Source: Macrostomum hystrix (taxonomy: Eukaryota; Animalia; Platyhelminthes). From it: a DNA stretch of 64,000 nucleotides. The stretch covers positions 2,170,001 through 2,234,000 of the forward strand of contig CATNEN010000029.1 of the NCBI GenBank assembly GCA_950097015.1. Reading direction: 5' to 3'. Below, in pieces: positions 1-11,700 of this stretch. The position numbers were made by a program, and so were the translations under genes. The notes beneath the pieces were generated by a model that was not told the DNA's origin, ran no database searches, and worked only from the letters and a program-made list of their open reading frames with translations. The stretch's first letter is position 1, and every line of letters begins with the position of its first letter.

Positions 1-720
1 ATCGGTGTGTAAACACACCACCCACTAGCTAAAGCATGCTGCTGTTAGCTACTCATTGTGCTCATTTTATCATCTTTCTCTCTCTGAGTGTCTCTATGCG
101 AGTTTCAATTGTTGACACAACTGAACAATTCGCGGGCACACCAGCAGGCTTTTGTTGAATCAACTAGGCCAGCAGAAGGAGGTATTCTTAGAAAGGCATT
201 TTAACAAGCTTAACAGACAGCACGCAACTTAATTAGCTGACAGGTGGGCTCTGATACCGACTGTCAAAACTGTGTGTGCGGTGCGCAAAGAATCATTTGA
301 GCTGCGCTAGATTAGGAAAATATTTAGAATAGGCAAGACTAACAAATGGCTCAATTTACCTACTGTCTGACATCAATAGAAACTGATGCACTCGGCGGTG
401 TAGTGTGGGAAACTGCTAGATAGACGCTTCCAATGCTGACACAATTATAAATATACACACTTATAAGAGGTGCCATCAGTTTGCAGAGCTCAATCTCATC
501 TCAATCTTATTGCCTGGTCTTATTTGTATTTCTAGAAGCCTCTGTTACACCCGCCCCACCGCCTGTACTCAGCTTTGCCAATTCTCAGCTTTCTCTGTAA
601 TCTAGCCAACAGAGCTTAAACTGAATTTTCTGCTCTATGAGCTGCTTATTATTGCCTTTTTTCACTGAAACTTTGTTAGGTGTGCGAATTCCGGGAACTT
701 TGTACTCGTAAGTTGGGAAA

Positions 721-1650
721 TTGCTAAGGTGGGGACATTGCTAAGGTGGGGACATTGCTAAGGTGGGGACATTGCTAAGGTGGGGACATTGCTAAGGTGG
801 GGACATTGCTAAGGTGGGGACATTGCTAAGGTGGGGACAGTGCTAAGGTCGGGACAGTGCTAAGGTGGGGACATTGCTAAGGTGGGGACAGTGCTAAGGT
901 GGGGACATTGCTAAGGTGAGGACAGTGCTAAGGTGGGGACATTGCTAAGGTGTGGACATTGCTAAGGTGGGGACATTGCTAAGGTGGGGACATTGCTAAG
1001 GTGGGGACATTGCTAAGGTGGGGACATTGCTAAGGTGAGGACAGTGCTAAGGTCGGGACAGTGCTAAGGTGGGGACATTGCTAAGGTGGGGACATTGCTA
1101 AGGTGTGGACATTGCTAAGGTGGGGACATTGCTAAGGTGGGGACATTGCTAAGGTGTGGACATTGCTAAGGTGAGGACATTGCTAAGGTGGGGACATTGC
1201 TAAGGTGAGGACAGTGCTAAGGTGGGGACATTGCTAAGGTGTGGACATTGCTAAGGTGGGGACATTGCTAAGGTGGGGACATTGCTAAGGTGGGGACATT
1301 GCTAAGGTGGGGACATTGCTAAGGTGGGGACATTGCTAAGGTGGGGACATTGCTAAGGTGTGGACATTGCTAAGGTGGGGACATTGCTAAGGTCGGGACA
1401 GTGCTAAGGTGGGGACATTGCTAAGGTGGGGACATTGCTAAGGTGGGGACATTGCTAAGGTGTGGACATTGCTAACGTGGGGACATTGCTAAGGTGGGGA
1501 CATTGCTAAGGTGGGGACATTGCTAAGGTGGGGACATTGCTAAGGTGGGGACATTGCTAAGGTGGGGACATTGCTAAGGTGGGGACATTGCTAAGGTGGG
1601 GACAGTGCTAAGGTGGGGACATTGCTAAGGTGGGGACATTGCTAAGGTGG
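721..1650. repeat. 17-bp minisatellite (TTGCTAAGGTGGGGACA)n
   Basis: Near-perfect tandem copies read directly, with variants GTGTGGAC/GTGAGGAC/CAGTGC. Confidence 0.97.
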
Positions 1651-2280
1651 GGGGGAACATAGCTTACTGTCTATACAATAGATATTTGAAAGAAGTACAA
1701 TGGTGAGAAAGCACAGATAGAGTATTTATTGTGTAAGCGAGCCATTTTGAGAACAGATAATTATCCAGCCTAAGAGAGAGCTTACAAATTTAGCGAAAGC
1801 ACAAAAACAAGCGAAAACAGAATCCATCAGATTGGATAACTTTTTGTTGCTATGTCGCCATGCGGTATCTGATTTCACAGTTACAGATCTATTAAGTTTA
1901 GTGACAGAACCGCAACTAGACCAGTAGTTAGCCGCACAGCCCCTGAAGGCAGACAAATTAGAGTCGCAACCATGACTCGATAATTGCTCGTGTGCCTCTT
2001 CAATCTCCAGCTAGATTTCGCTTCTACTTTCTCCCCGATGGGGTTTTCTAAACATTTTTTAGGCAAAAAAAATTACAAGACACGCCCCTCGGGGTAGGCG
2101 AGAAAACGCGACAATGTGATAAAGCAAAATAACAATAGAACTTGGCGTCTGTTCATTGATTCGCCCAGTAGCCAATAATAGTTATTGGGTTTTGATTTCA
2201 TCTCGAGTGTCCTAAAAAGTTGTCATTTTTCGGAGTTTTTTTTGCCAACGAAAAGGAGGGGATGAGTTTCCAGGCAAGTT

Positions 2281-2590
2281 CACTGTCCTTAAAGTGCGTC
2301 GTCCTTAAAGTTCATTGTCCTTAGATTACACTGTCCTTAAAGTGCACTGTCCATAGAGTGCACAATCCTTAGAGTGCACTGTCCTTAGAGTGCACTGTAA
2401 TTAGAGTGCACAATCCTTAGAGTGCACTGTCCTTAGAGTGCACTGTCCATAAAGTGCACAATCCTTAGAGTGCACTGTTCTTAAAGTGCACTGTCCATAG
2501 AGTGCACAATCCTTAGAGTGCACTGTTCTTAAAGTGCACTGTCCATAGAGTGCACAATCCTTAGAGTGCACTGTTCTTAGAGTGTACCGT
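2281..2590. repeat. 16-bp minisatellite (AGAGTGCACTGTCCTT) with 48-bp higher-order unit
   Basis: Units cycle through ACAATCC/CTGTTCT/CTGTCCA variants; the spurious ORF repeats every 16 aa = 48 bp. Confidence 0.9.
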
Positions 2591-3098
2591 ACATAGGGTG
2601 CCCTTAGTTTAGGCTTCACTGGCACATTCTAAATGTTTTTAAGCTTTAATAAATGTTTCAATATTTTGATTGTGCCTGAATTAAGTTGATAATAATTTTA
2701 AGCTTGATGATAATTGAATTTACACCGCCTTTATTGTCTGAAACAGATAGGTGAATCACTTCGAGCGAAAACGAATTTCGAAGTCTTTATTAATCAGCAA
2801 GTCTTTGTCTCAGCCGAGATGATAAATCAAGCTTCACTAAGTCAAACAAGTGTCAGGTCACGGATAAGAAGTTACACTATAGGACTCTATATTAGTAGTT
2901 ATTGATGTCAAACGTGAAAAATAATTGTCTTCGCTTCACGCACAAGTTAAAACCAGCGGGTGGCTTTGATTTGAGACCAAGTCATGTGGAACACGCAAAA
3001 CTGCTGACAATAGAAGCGCCTATCATTCATTGGCACGTGACTTTTCCTCTATCATTATCCCAAGTCTTTCCAGATTCATTGTCTTATATACTTCTCTT

Positions 3099-3806
3099 AT
3101 TCATTCATTCATTCATTCATTCATTCATTCATTCATTCATTCATTCACTCATTCATTCATTCATTCACTCATTCATTCATTCATTCACTCATTCATTCAT
3201 TCATTTTTTAATTCATTCGTTCATTCATTCATTCGTTCATTCATTCATTCATTCATTCATTCATTCATTCATTCATTCATGCATTCATTCATTCATTCAT
3301 TCATTCATTCGTTCATTCATTCATTCATTCATTCATTCATTCACTCATTCATTCATTCACTCATTCATTCATTCATTCACTCATTCATTCATTCATTCAC
3401 TCATTCATTCATTCATTTTTTAATTCATTCGTTCATTCATTCATTCGTTCATTCATTCATTCATTCATTCATTCATTCATTCATTCATTCATTCATTCAT
3501 TCACTCATTCATTCATTCATTCACTCATTCATTCATTCATTCACTCATTCATTCATTCATTTTTTAATTCATTCGTTCATTCATTCATTCATTCATTCAT
3601 TCATTCATTCATTCATTCATTCATTCATTCATTCATTCATTCATTCATGCATTCATTCATTCATTCATTCATTCATTCATTCATTCATTCATTCATTCAT
3701 TCATTCATTCATTCATTCATTCATTCATGCATTCATTCATTCATTCATTCATTCATTCATGCATTCATTCATTCATTCATTCATTCATTCATTCATTCAT
3801 GCATTC
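3099..3806. repeat. (ATTC)n tetranucleotide microsatellite, ~700 bp
   Basis: Direct reading; source of the spurious FIHS ORFs. Confidence 0.98.
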
Positions 3807-4254
3807 AGCTATTGGCGGATATTGGGGATATTTGGCGATATTCAGTGGGGATATTGGGATAGGGCGGAGCTGGAGTTCTCGCATTTCATCTCAGCGGGAC
3901 AGAGTTGCTTCAGGCTATAGAAATCCCAGGATAACTGGGATATTAAGGCAGGCCATTGCTTCGCACGCGTAATTATGCGCCAGCGTTCTCACCTACTCGA
4001 TTTCCCAGTTCTTAGGCGAGTTTGCAATCTTGAACTGTCATTATTATTGTTTTCCGTTGTTGCCGCAGTGTCGCCGAAAACAAACCAGCTCATAAAATTT
4101 GGTATCCATGGCGCTGTTTGCTTTTAATAGAGTCGGGTGATTGGGTCCGTCGGTTACTGGGGGCTACTGATGATTGTTTCCGTTTAATAATGATTCGAGA
4201 ATGGCTCGAAGATTAAAAGTAAGCTTGAAGCTTCGGCAATAGTCTATGGGGATC

Positions 4255-5630
4255 TGATAGTATCAGACAGGGGCTGAGAGTATCAGACAGGGTCTGAGAG
4301 TATTAGACAGGGGCTGAGAGTATCAGACAGGGTCTGAGAGTATTAGACAGGGTCTGAGAGTATTAGACAGGGTCTGAGAGTATTAGACAGGGTCTGAGAG
4401 TATTAGACAGGGTCTGAGAGTATTAGACAGGGTCTGAGAGTATTAGACAGGGTCTGAGAGTATTAGACAGGGTCTGAGAGTATTAGACAGGGTCTGAGAG
4501 TATTAGACAGGGTCTGAGAGTAATTAGACAGAGTCTGAGAGTATTAGACAGGGTCTGAGAGTATTAGACAGGGTCGGGGAGTATTTAGACATGGTCGGGG
4601 AGTATTAGACAGGGTCTGAGAGTATTAGACAGGGTCTGAGAGTATTAGACAGGGTCTGAGAGTATTAGACAGGGTCGGGGAGTATTAGACAGGGTCGGGG
4701 AGTATTAGACAGGGTCTAAGAGTATTAGACAGGGTCTAAGAGTATTAGACAGGGTCTGAGAGTATTAGACAGGGTCTGAGAGTAATTAGACAGGGTCGGG
4801 GAGTATTAGACAGGGTCTGAGAGTATTAGACAGGGTCTGAGAGTATTAGACAGGGTCGGGGAGTATTAGACAGGGTCGGGGAGTATTAGACAGGGTCTGA
4901 GAGTATTAGACAGGGTCTGAGAGTAATTAGACAGGGTCTAAGAGTATTAGACAGGGTCTAAGAGTATTAGACAGGGTCGGGGAGTATTAGACAGGGTCGG
5001 GGAGTATTAGACAGGGTCTAAGAGTATTAGACAGGGTCTAAGAGTATTAGACAGGGTCTGAGAGTAATTAGACAGGGTCGGGGAGTATTAGACAGGGTCT
5101 GAGAGTAATTAGACAGGGTCTGAGAGTATTAGACAGGGTCGGGGAGTATTAGACAGGGTCTAAGAGTATTAGACAGGGTCTGAAAGTATTAGACAGGGTC
5201 GGGGAGTATTAGACAGGGTCTGAGAGTATTAGACTGGGTCTGAGAGTATTAGACAGGGTCTGAGAGTAATTAGACAGGGTCGGGGAGTATTAGACAGGGT
5301 CTGAGAGTATTAGACAGGGTCGGGGAGTATTAGACAGGGTCGGGGAGTATTAGACAGGGTCTAAGAGTATTAGACAGGGTCTGAGAGTATTAGACAGGGT
5401 CTGAGAGTAATTAGACAGGGTCGGGGAGTAATTGGACAGGGTCGGGGAGTATTAGACAGGGTCTGAGAGTAATTAGACAGGGTCGGGGAGTATTAGACAG
5501 GGTCTGAGAGTATTAGACAGGGTCTGAGAGTATTAGACAGGGTCTGAGAGTATCAGACAGGGTCTGAGAGTAATTAGACAGGCTCTGAGAGTAATTAGAC
5601 AGGCTCTGAGAGTAATTAGACAGGGTATTA
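4255..5630. repeat. 20-bp minisatellite (TATTAGACAGGGTCTGAGAG)n
   Basis: Tandem copies with CGGGGAG/CTAAGAG and 21-bp TAATTAG variants. Confidence 0.97.
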
Positions 5631-5898
5631 TTCAGCGTCTCTGAGAGTATCAGAGGAATAAAAACAATAAAATTTAATTTTTGCTTTGACAACAACACTG
5701 TTTAGATTTTATATAATAAATTTTCTTGACAAATATTATTTTTCCATTTACTTTGGCAACCGATGACAGTTCACCATCAATTATTTTTACGAATCCGTAC
5801 TATATTACTATATTAGTACTATGTTAAGCAAGCTGTTAAGAATTTTCGGATGTTAAAGAATAAACCATACATTTTAAATTCTTTTAATTCAAGATGTT

Positions 5899-5962
5899 AA
5901 ATGGGTCCAGCTTTAGCTGGGATGATAGGGAGTCTCCCAGTCCATGGACTGAACAGCCGTAC
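5899..5962 (+). mobile_element. Internal fragment of SINE family B
   Basis: AAATGGGTCCAGC..AGCTGGGAT..CCCAGTCCATGGACTGAACAGCCGTAC matches the copy at 52513-52808. Confidence 0.7.
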
Positions 5963-6529
5963 TGAATTTTAGACTTCAAGTATAGCGTTAAATTCGCAGA
6001 AAATCTGCTTTTTTATTTAACAATCTCATTTATAATCTAGATTCCAAAGACAAAATCCCATTGAAAGAAATCTGAAATTTTTAATGAAAATTTAGCTGTC
6101 AAACTAAATTTTGATTGGGTTATTTATTATTCAAATGTTCATCGCCGACGCTTTCAAATGGTATTTCTGAAAGTTTTTCACCCTTTCAGAACGCAGCCAT
6201 TAGAAACCCGGAAGCAGAAATTTGTACTTTCGATCAGCTTCTGTACTGAAACGCAGTGAAAGCAACAAAAGTTTTTCGAATTCCTCGTTAGATAGCACAC
6301 AGAAATAAGCAAAACAGCTGCGAAGGGGACATTAGCCACTCGTGTAATGCGTTTCACTCTTCACCAATGGGTCCACTCGGTCGAAAACCCAAAGCACTTT
6401 ATGTATTAAAGGGCCACACGCTTCTCTGTCCCTATCTAAACTATCTCACATTCCAAGTTTTTCCTCTCTCTCTTTCTCTCCTCTGGCTATCTTTCTCACC
6501 CTCGTTACCTCTCATCATCACCACTTTCA

Positions 6530-7140
6530 TTTCTCTCTCTCCCTCTATCTCCCCCTTTATCTCGCACTTTACCTTTCAAACTCTCCCCTTCTCTTTCCTC
6601 TCTCCCTCTCCCCTCCAATCTCTCTCCCCTTCTACCTCTCTCCCCTCCTATCTTTCTCCCCTCTCCCCTCTCCCCTCCTATCTCTCTCCCCTCTCCCCTC
6701 CTATCTCTCTCCCCTCTCCCCTCCTATCTTTCTCCCATCTCCCCTCTTATCTCTCTCCCTTCCTATCTCTCTCCCCTTTCCCTTCTATCTTTCTCCCCTC
6801 CTATCTGTCTCCCCTCTCCCCTCCTATCTCTCTCCCCTCTCCCCCTATCTCTCTCCCCTCTCCCCTCCTATCTCTCTCCCCTCTCCCCTCCTATCTCTCT
6901 CCCCTCTCCCCTCCTATCTCTCTCCCCTCTCCCCTCCTATCTCTCTCCCCTCTCCCCTCCTATCTCTCTCCCCTCTCCCCTCCTATCTCTCTCCCCTCTC
7001 CCCTCCTATCTCTCTCCCCTCTCCCCTCCTATCTCTCTCCCCTCTCCCCTCCTATCTCTCTCCCCTCTCCCCTCCTATCTCTCTCCCCTCTCCCCTCCTA
7101 TCTCTCTCCCCTTTCCCTCGCCCTCCCTCTATTTCTACCC
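6530..7140. repeat. Pyrimidine-rich 23-bp minisatellite (CCTATCTCTCTCCCCTCTCCCCT)n
   Basis: Direct reading; degenerate edges. Confidence 0.93.
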
Positions 7141-8225
7141 CTGTCTCCCTCTCTCTATCTTTCTATTTTACCCAGCTGTCTATGACGTCATTCAATTTGC
7201 ATTGGCAACCTTAATTATCCACATCATTAGGGCTACGCTCCATTCGTGACGGCCAGACTGTAAAGAAAATTAGGGAAATTTTTTGGGGAAAGGAAGGGCA
7301 GGCGAAAAATGGGATCGAAGGACGAGAAGAGGATCCAGTGGAATTGGGGTGGGTGGGCGCCAGCGGATAGGGAAGAGAGTGCGTGCGCAAAACCTGTACA
7401 GCTAGCTACAGCAGGAGTTGATGGTAGTTTGCAGTCCGCGCATATTTATAAGTGTACTCCGTCATGTACGCACACCGACCGTACCAGTGACCGTGGAGAG
7501 GGGGGTGGCGGGTTAGTCTCAGTTCTAGGATTGGACTACATGGTGTAGCAGGAGTAGGTATCGAAACTAGTCCCGGAGACTATGGGGTTAGAAAGCTGCT
7601 CAGACAAGAGGAGTAGATCCTTACGGCCCGGTCTTGCCCTCGTTCCAAGCTTTCCGTGTCCCTATTATTTTTTTCCTACTAATTACTCACGCAAACACTT
7701 AGTTCTCAAGCCGGGCAATATATTGAACGAGTCAAGTAAGTATTATTATAATTATCATTGCTCCATTTTGCAATGCGCGCAGTACTCGGAGCTGACAAAA
7801 GACTAAATGCTTTCATTTCATGCCTGTCTTTGTCAGTTTACTTCGCTTTACGAGTATATTTGACAATTTTAGTCCAAGAGATCTTCTTCAATATCGTCTT
7901 TAGCGAGCCTATAGCTGCCCTTTGAATTGCAAAGTGGATAGGGTAGGGGTATGAGAGGGAACACTGAGATATATTAGACAGTGTGTAGATCGAAAAATAG
8001 AATTGTACACAGCGATAAACACTGGCGAGTACAACTGTCAGCGAGGTGGACTCCACTCCGAGGTTTTGGTATATATTTGATTATGAAGGTTCCGAAGTTT
8101 TTTCCAGTTGGCTTGAAAGACTAGCAGAATTATTTGTCTAACTTTCAACTGCCAAAACAATTCTAATATCTAATTTGAGACTACATGTGAGTAATCTCTC
8201 TGGTTTGTTTTTTAGTTGGAGTGAG

Positions 8226-8545
8226 AAAGTGATAGAGTGAGAGCCATAGAGTGACAGTAGAGTGAGAGCCATAGAGTGACAGTAGAGTGAGAGCCATAGA
8301 GTGACAGTAGAGTGAGAGCCATAGAGTGACAGTAGAGTGAGAGCCATAGAGTGACAGTAGAGTGAGAGCCATAGAGTGACAGTAGAGTGAGAGCCATAGA
8401 GTGACAGTAGAGTGAGAGCCATAGAGTGACAGTAGAGTGAGAGCCATAGAGTGACAGTAGAGTGAGAGCCATAGAGTGACAGTAGAGTGAGAGCCATAGA
8501 GTGACAGTAGAGTGAGAGCCATAGAGTGACAGTAGAGTGAGAGCC
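8226..8545. repeat. 25-bp minisatellite (GAGCCATAGAGTGACAGTAGAGTGA)n
   Basis: Near-perfect tandem copies. Confidence 0.97.
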
Positions 8546-8719
8546 TATTTTTTCTTAAATCGCCCATTGTTTCAGAGAAATCTTGAGAGCCAGGCAGGAA
8601 AAGTACACACCGCAGTTGTGCTGTTGGCTTCTCTAGCGGAGCAGTCGGTCAGCCTGGAAGCGGTGAAATCGCAGATTCCCGCCGTTCTGCCTGAGAAGGA
8701 GTGACAGCGAGAGAGTGAG

Positions 8720-11700
8720 ATGAGGAAGGAGATCATACTAAACGTCATTGAGCCTGGTCTGGGCGAACTGGACAGTATCTGGGACTATATTGGTGAGCTG
8801 GGATTTCATGAACAAGTAGTCAAGGATGCCTTTTTTGTTTTAGTCAGTTGCTTAACACAACTATCTATTCGGAGAATCATAGGTAAAGTTAATGTAAATT
8901 TGAAAAAAACCGATAAGGCAGAGAAGCGTAGTAGGCCTGGCTGTTATGGGTGCAAGCACAATTAATAATTGCGCACAATTTTTCAGAAATGAAACAACGT
9001 AACCTACACTTTAATCTATTATCAATATTTTTAGCTGAAAGTGCTGTCTATTCTAGTAGATTTTCATGGCCTATAGCTCCAACCACTTCAAACTGTATTT
9101 CTCGCAAACTGTTCGCAAATCTCGACTCCAGTTTTAATAGTAATTCCTTAACTATTGGAACATAAACACCGAATCCAGAATCCTGAATCGCGAATCCACA
9201 ATCCTAGTACAGATCCCAAATTGTGAATCCCAATCCTAGTACAGATCTTAAATTTTGAATCCCAATCCTAGTACGGATCCCGAATCCCGAATCCCGAATC
9301 CCAATCCTAGCACAGATCTCGAATCTCCAATCCTAGTACAGATCTCGAATCTCCAATCCTAGTACAGATCCCGAATCTCCAATCCTAGTACAGATCTCGA
9401 ATCTCCAATCCTAGTACAGATCTCGAATCTCCAATCCTAGTACAGATCTCGAATCCCAATCCTTGTACAGATCCCGAATCCCAAAACCTTGTACAGATCC
9501 CGAATCTCCAATCCTAGTACAGATCTCGAATCCCGAATCCTTGTACAGATCCCGAATCCCCATCATAGTACAGATCCCGAATCTCCAATCCTAGTACAGA
9601 TCTCGAATCTCCGATCCTAGTACAGATCCCGAATCCCAAAACCTTGTACAGATCCCAAATCTCCAATCCTAGTACAGATCTCGAATCTCCAATCCTAGCA
9701 CAGATCCCGAATCTCCAATCCTAGTACAGATCCTGAATCTCCAATCCTAGCACAGATCCCGAATCTCCAATCCTAGTACAGATCCCGAATCTCCAATCCT
9801 AGTACAGATCCCGAATCTCCAATCCTAGTACAGATCCCGAATCTCCAATCCTAGCACAGATCCCGAATCTCCAATCCTAGTACAGATCTCGAATCCCAAT
9901 CCTAGTACAGATCCTGAATCTCCAATCCTAGCACAGATCCCGAATCTCCAATCCTAGTACAGATCTCTAATCTCCAATCCTAGCACAGATCCCGAATCTC
10001 CAATCATAGTACAGATCCCGAATCTCCAATCCTAGTACAGATCCCGAATCCCAATCCTTGTACAGATCTCGAATCCAGAATCCTTGTACAGATCCCGAAT
10101 CCCCAATCATAGTACAGATCCCGAATCTCCAATCCTAGTACAGATCCCGAATCTCCCATCCTAGTACAGATCTCGAATCTCCAATCCTAGTACGAGCTAC
10201 AGATCTCGAATCTCCAATCCTAGTACAGATCTCGAATCCCAATCCTTGTACAGATCTCGAATCCAAACCTTGCACAGTTTCAGAATCCTAAAACCCCGTG
10301 CAGATCCCAAATCATAAATCTCAGACCTATAATAGTACAGATCCTGAATCCCCAATCCCATATTTAGTGCAGAAGACGAATACGAAAACTAATACATATC
10401 TCGAATCCCAGATCAGAAAACTAGCATAGATCCCAAATCCCAAACCAAGTACGTATAAACGTAATTCATTCAAGCAAGTCATAGTCCACTCCGTCACCAT
10501 GGCAACCAGGCTACCCAGAGGAGCAGAAGACGGAGCGGCTGCACGGTCTGGCTGAGCAGTTGCAGTCTCGAATGTTTGACTTCATCTCGGCTGAGAATCA
10601 GCGCCGTGTACAGCTGGACACTGACATCGAGGCGAGAAAGCGCCGGGCCGCCCAGATCTGCCAGAGCCTCCGCCTGCCGCCCTACTTCCCGCCGCGCGGC
10701 CTGCCCTCGCTGCGCCTGCTGGAACACCTGGACGGCCACATCGCTCAGTTCGAAGCTGAGATTCAGGCGAGACAGGCGAAACAGGCCGACCTGATCGACC
10801 AGGTGCGCAGCCTGTGCCAGAGACTCGGCCTGCCAGATGAGTCGCCGACAAGGAATGTGGCCTTGGATACCCAGGACTGCTCCGAGGAGAGCAGCGAGAC
10901 GCACGTGGCTGATGCTGAGGATGTTATTCCGAGTGAACAGGTGCGATTGCTGACATGGTAATCTAACACTCTAATCCCTGCACGGCATTTCTCAATCTAA
11001 TTGCCTTTTGGGTTTCACGGCATTCTAGATCTAACACCCATTCTAGGGTTCCATGGTATTCTAGATCTAGCACCGAAAAAGGCTTCACGGTATATTAGAC
11101 CTAACAATCTCGTGCATTCTTTCGGATGGTCTTCTGGATTTTCAGACAGTGAGGAGCTCTAAAAGTTTGGATTCCCAACTGCCGCCTTCTCAGGATCTGG
11201 AACGTCTCCAGAACCGAGTCGCCGAGCTCGAGCGTCGCCGAGACGACATGCTGAAACGACTAACCGGCCTGACGGAGGACATTCGCCGAATAGCTCAGGA
11301 TGTCGAATACGCCGGCTCGGCAGGCGTCGGCACCGAGGAGGAGGCTCTCGAAGCCGCGGTGCTCGCCGGCGAGGAGTTGACACGGCTGCCGTTGAGCGAC
11401 GCAACGCTGACGTCACTGGAGGCTCTCCGACTGCGCCTGGTGAAGCACAAGGCGATGCTGGTTGGCACCTGCGAGGAGCTGCGACAGCACATCCGGGTGA
11501 TGTGGAGCCGGCTGGACATTCCGGCCGAGGAGCAGGATGCCTTCCTGTCGCAGCACGCCGGCTACAGGCAGAGCACGCTGGAGGCGCTGCAGGAGGAATC
11601 GGACAAGTGCCAGGAGCTCAAGTGGTCCCAGGCTGCCGCCTACCTGGCTAATCTCAGAAAGGAGGCCAGGTGCGCTTGTTTACCGTCAGTTCAGTCCGTG

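Noticed and set aside
721-1650. CRISPR-like appearance of regular short repeats (here and in other arrays)
   Set aside because: Head-to-tail repeats without unique spacers, no cas genes, eukaryotic context
2902-3972. FIHS-repeat ORFs
   Set aside because: Translations of the (ATTC)n microsatellite
7184-7203. CRE palindrome TGACGTCA and octamer ATTTGCAT as the PRC1 promoter
   Set aside because: Short motifs 1.5 kb from the ATG with no TSS evidence; expected by chance
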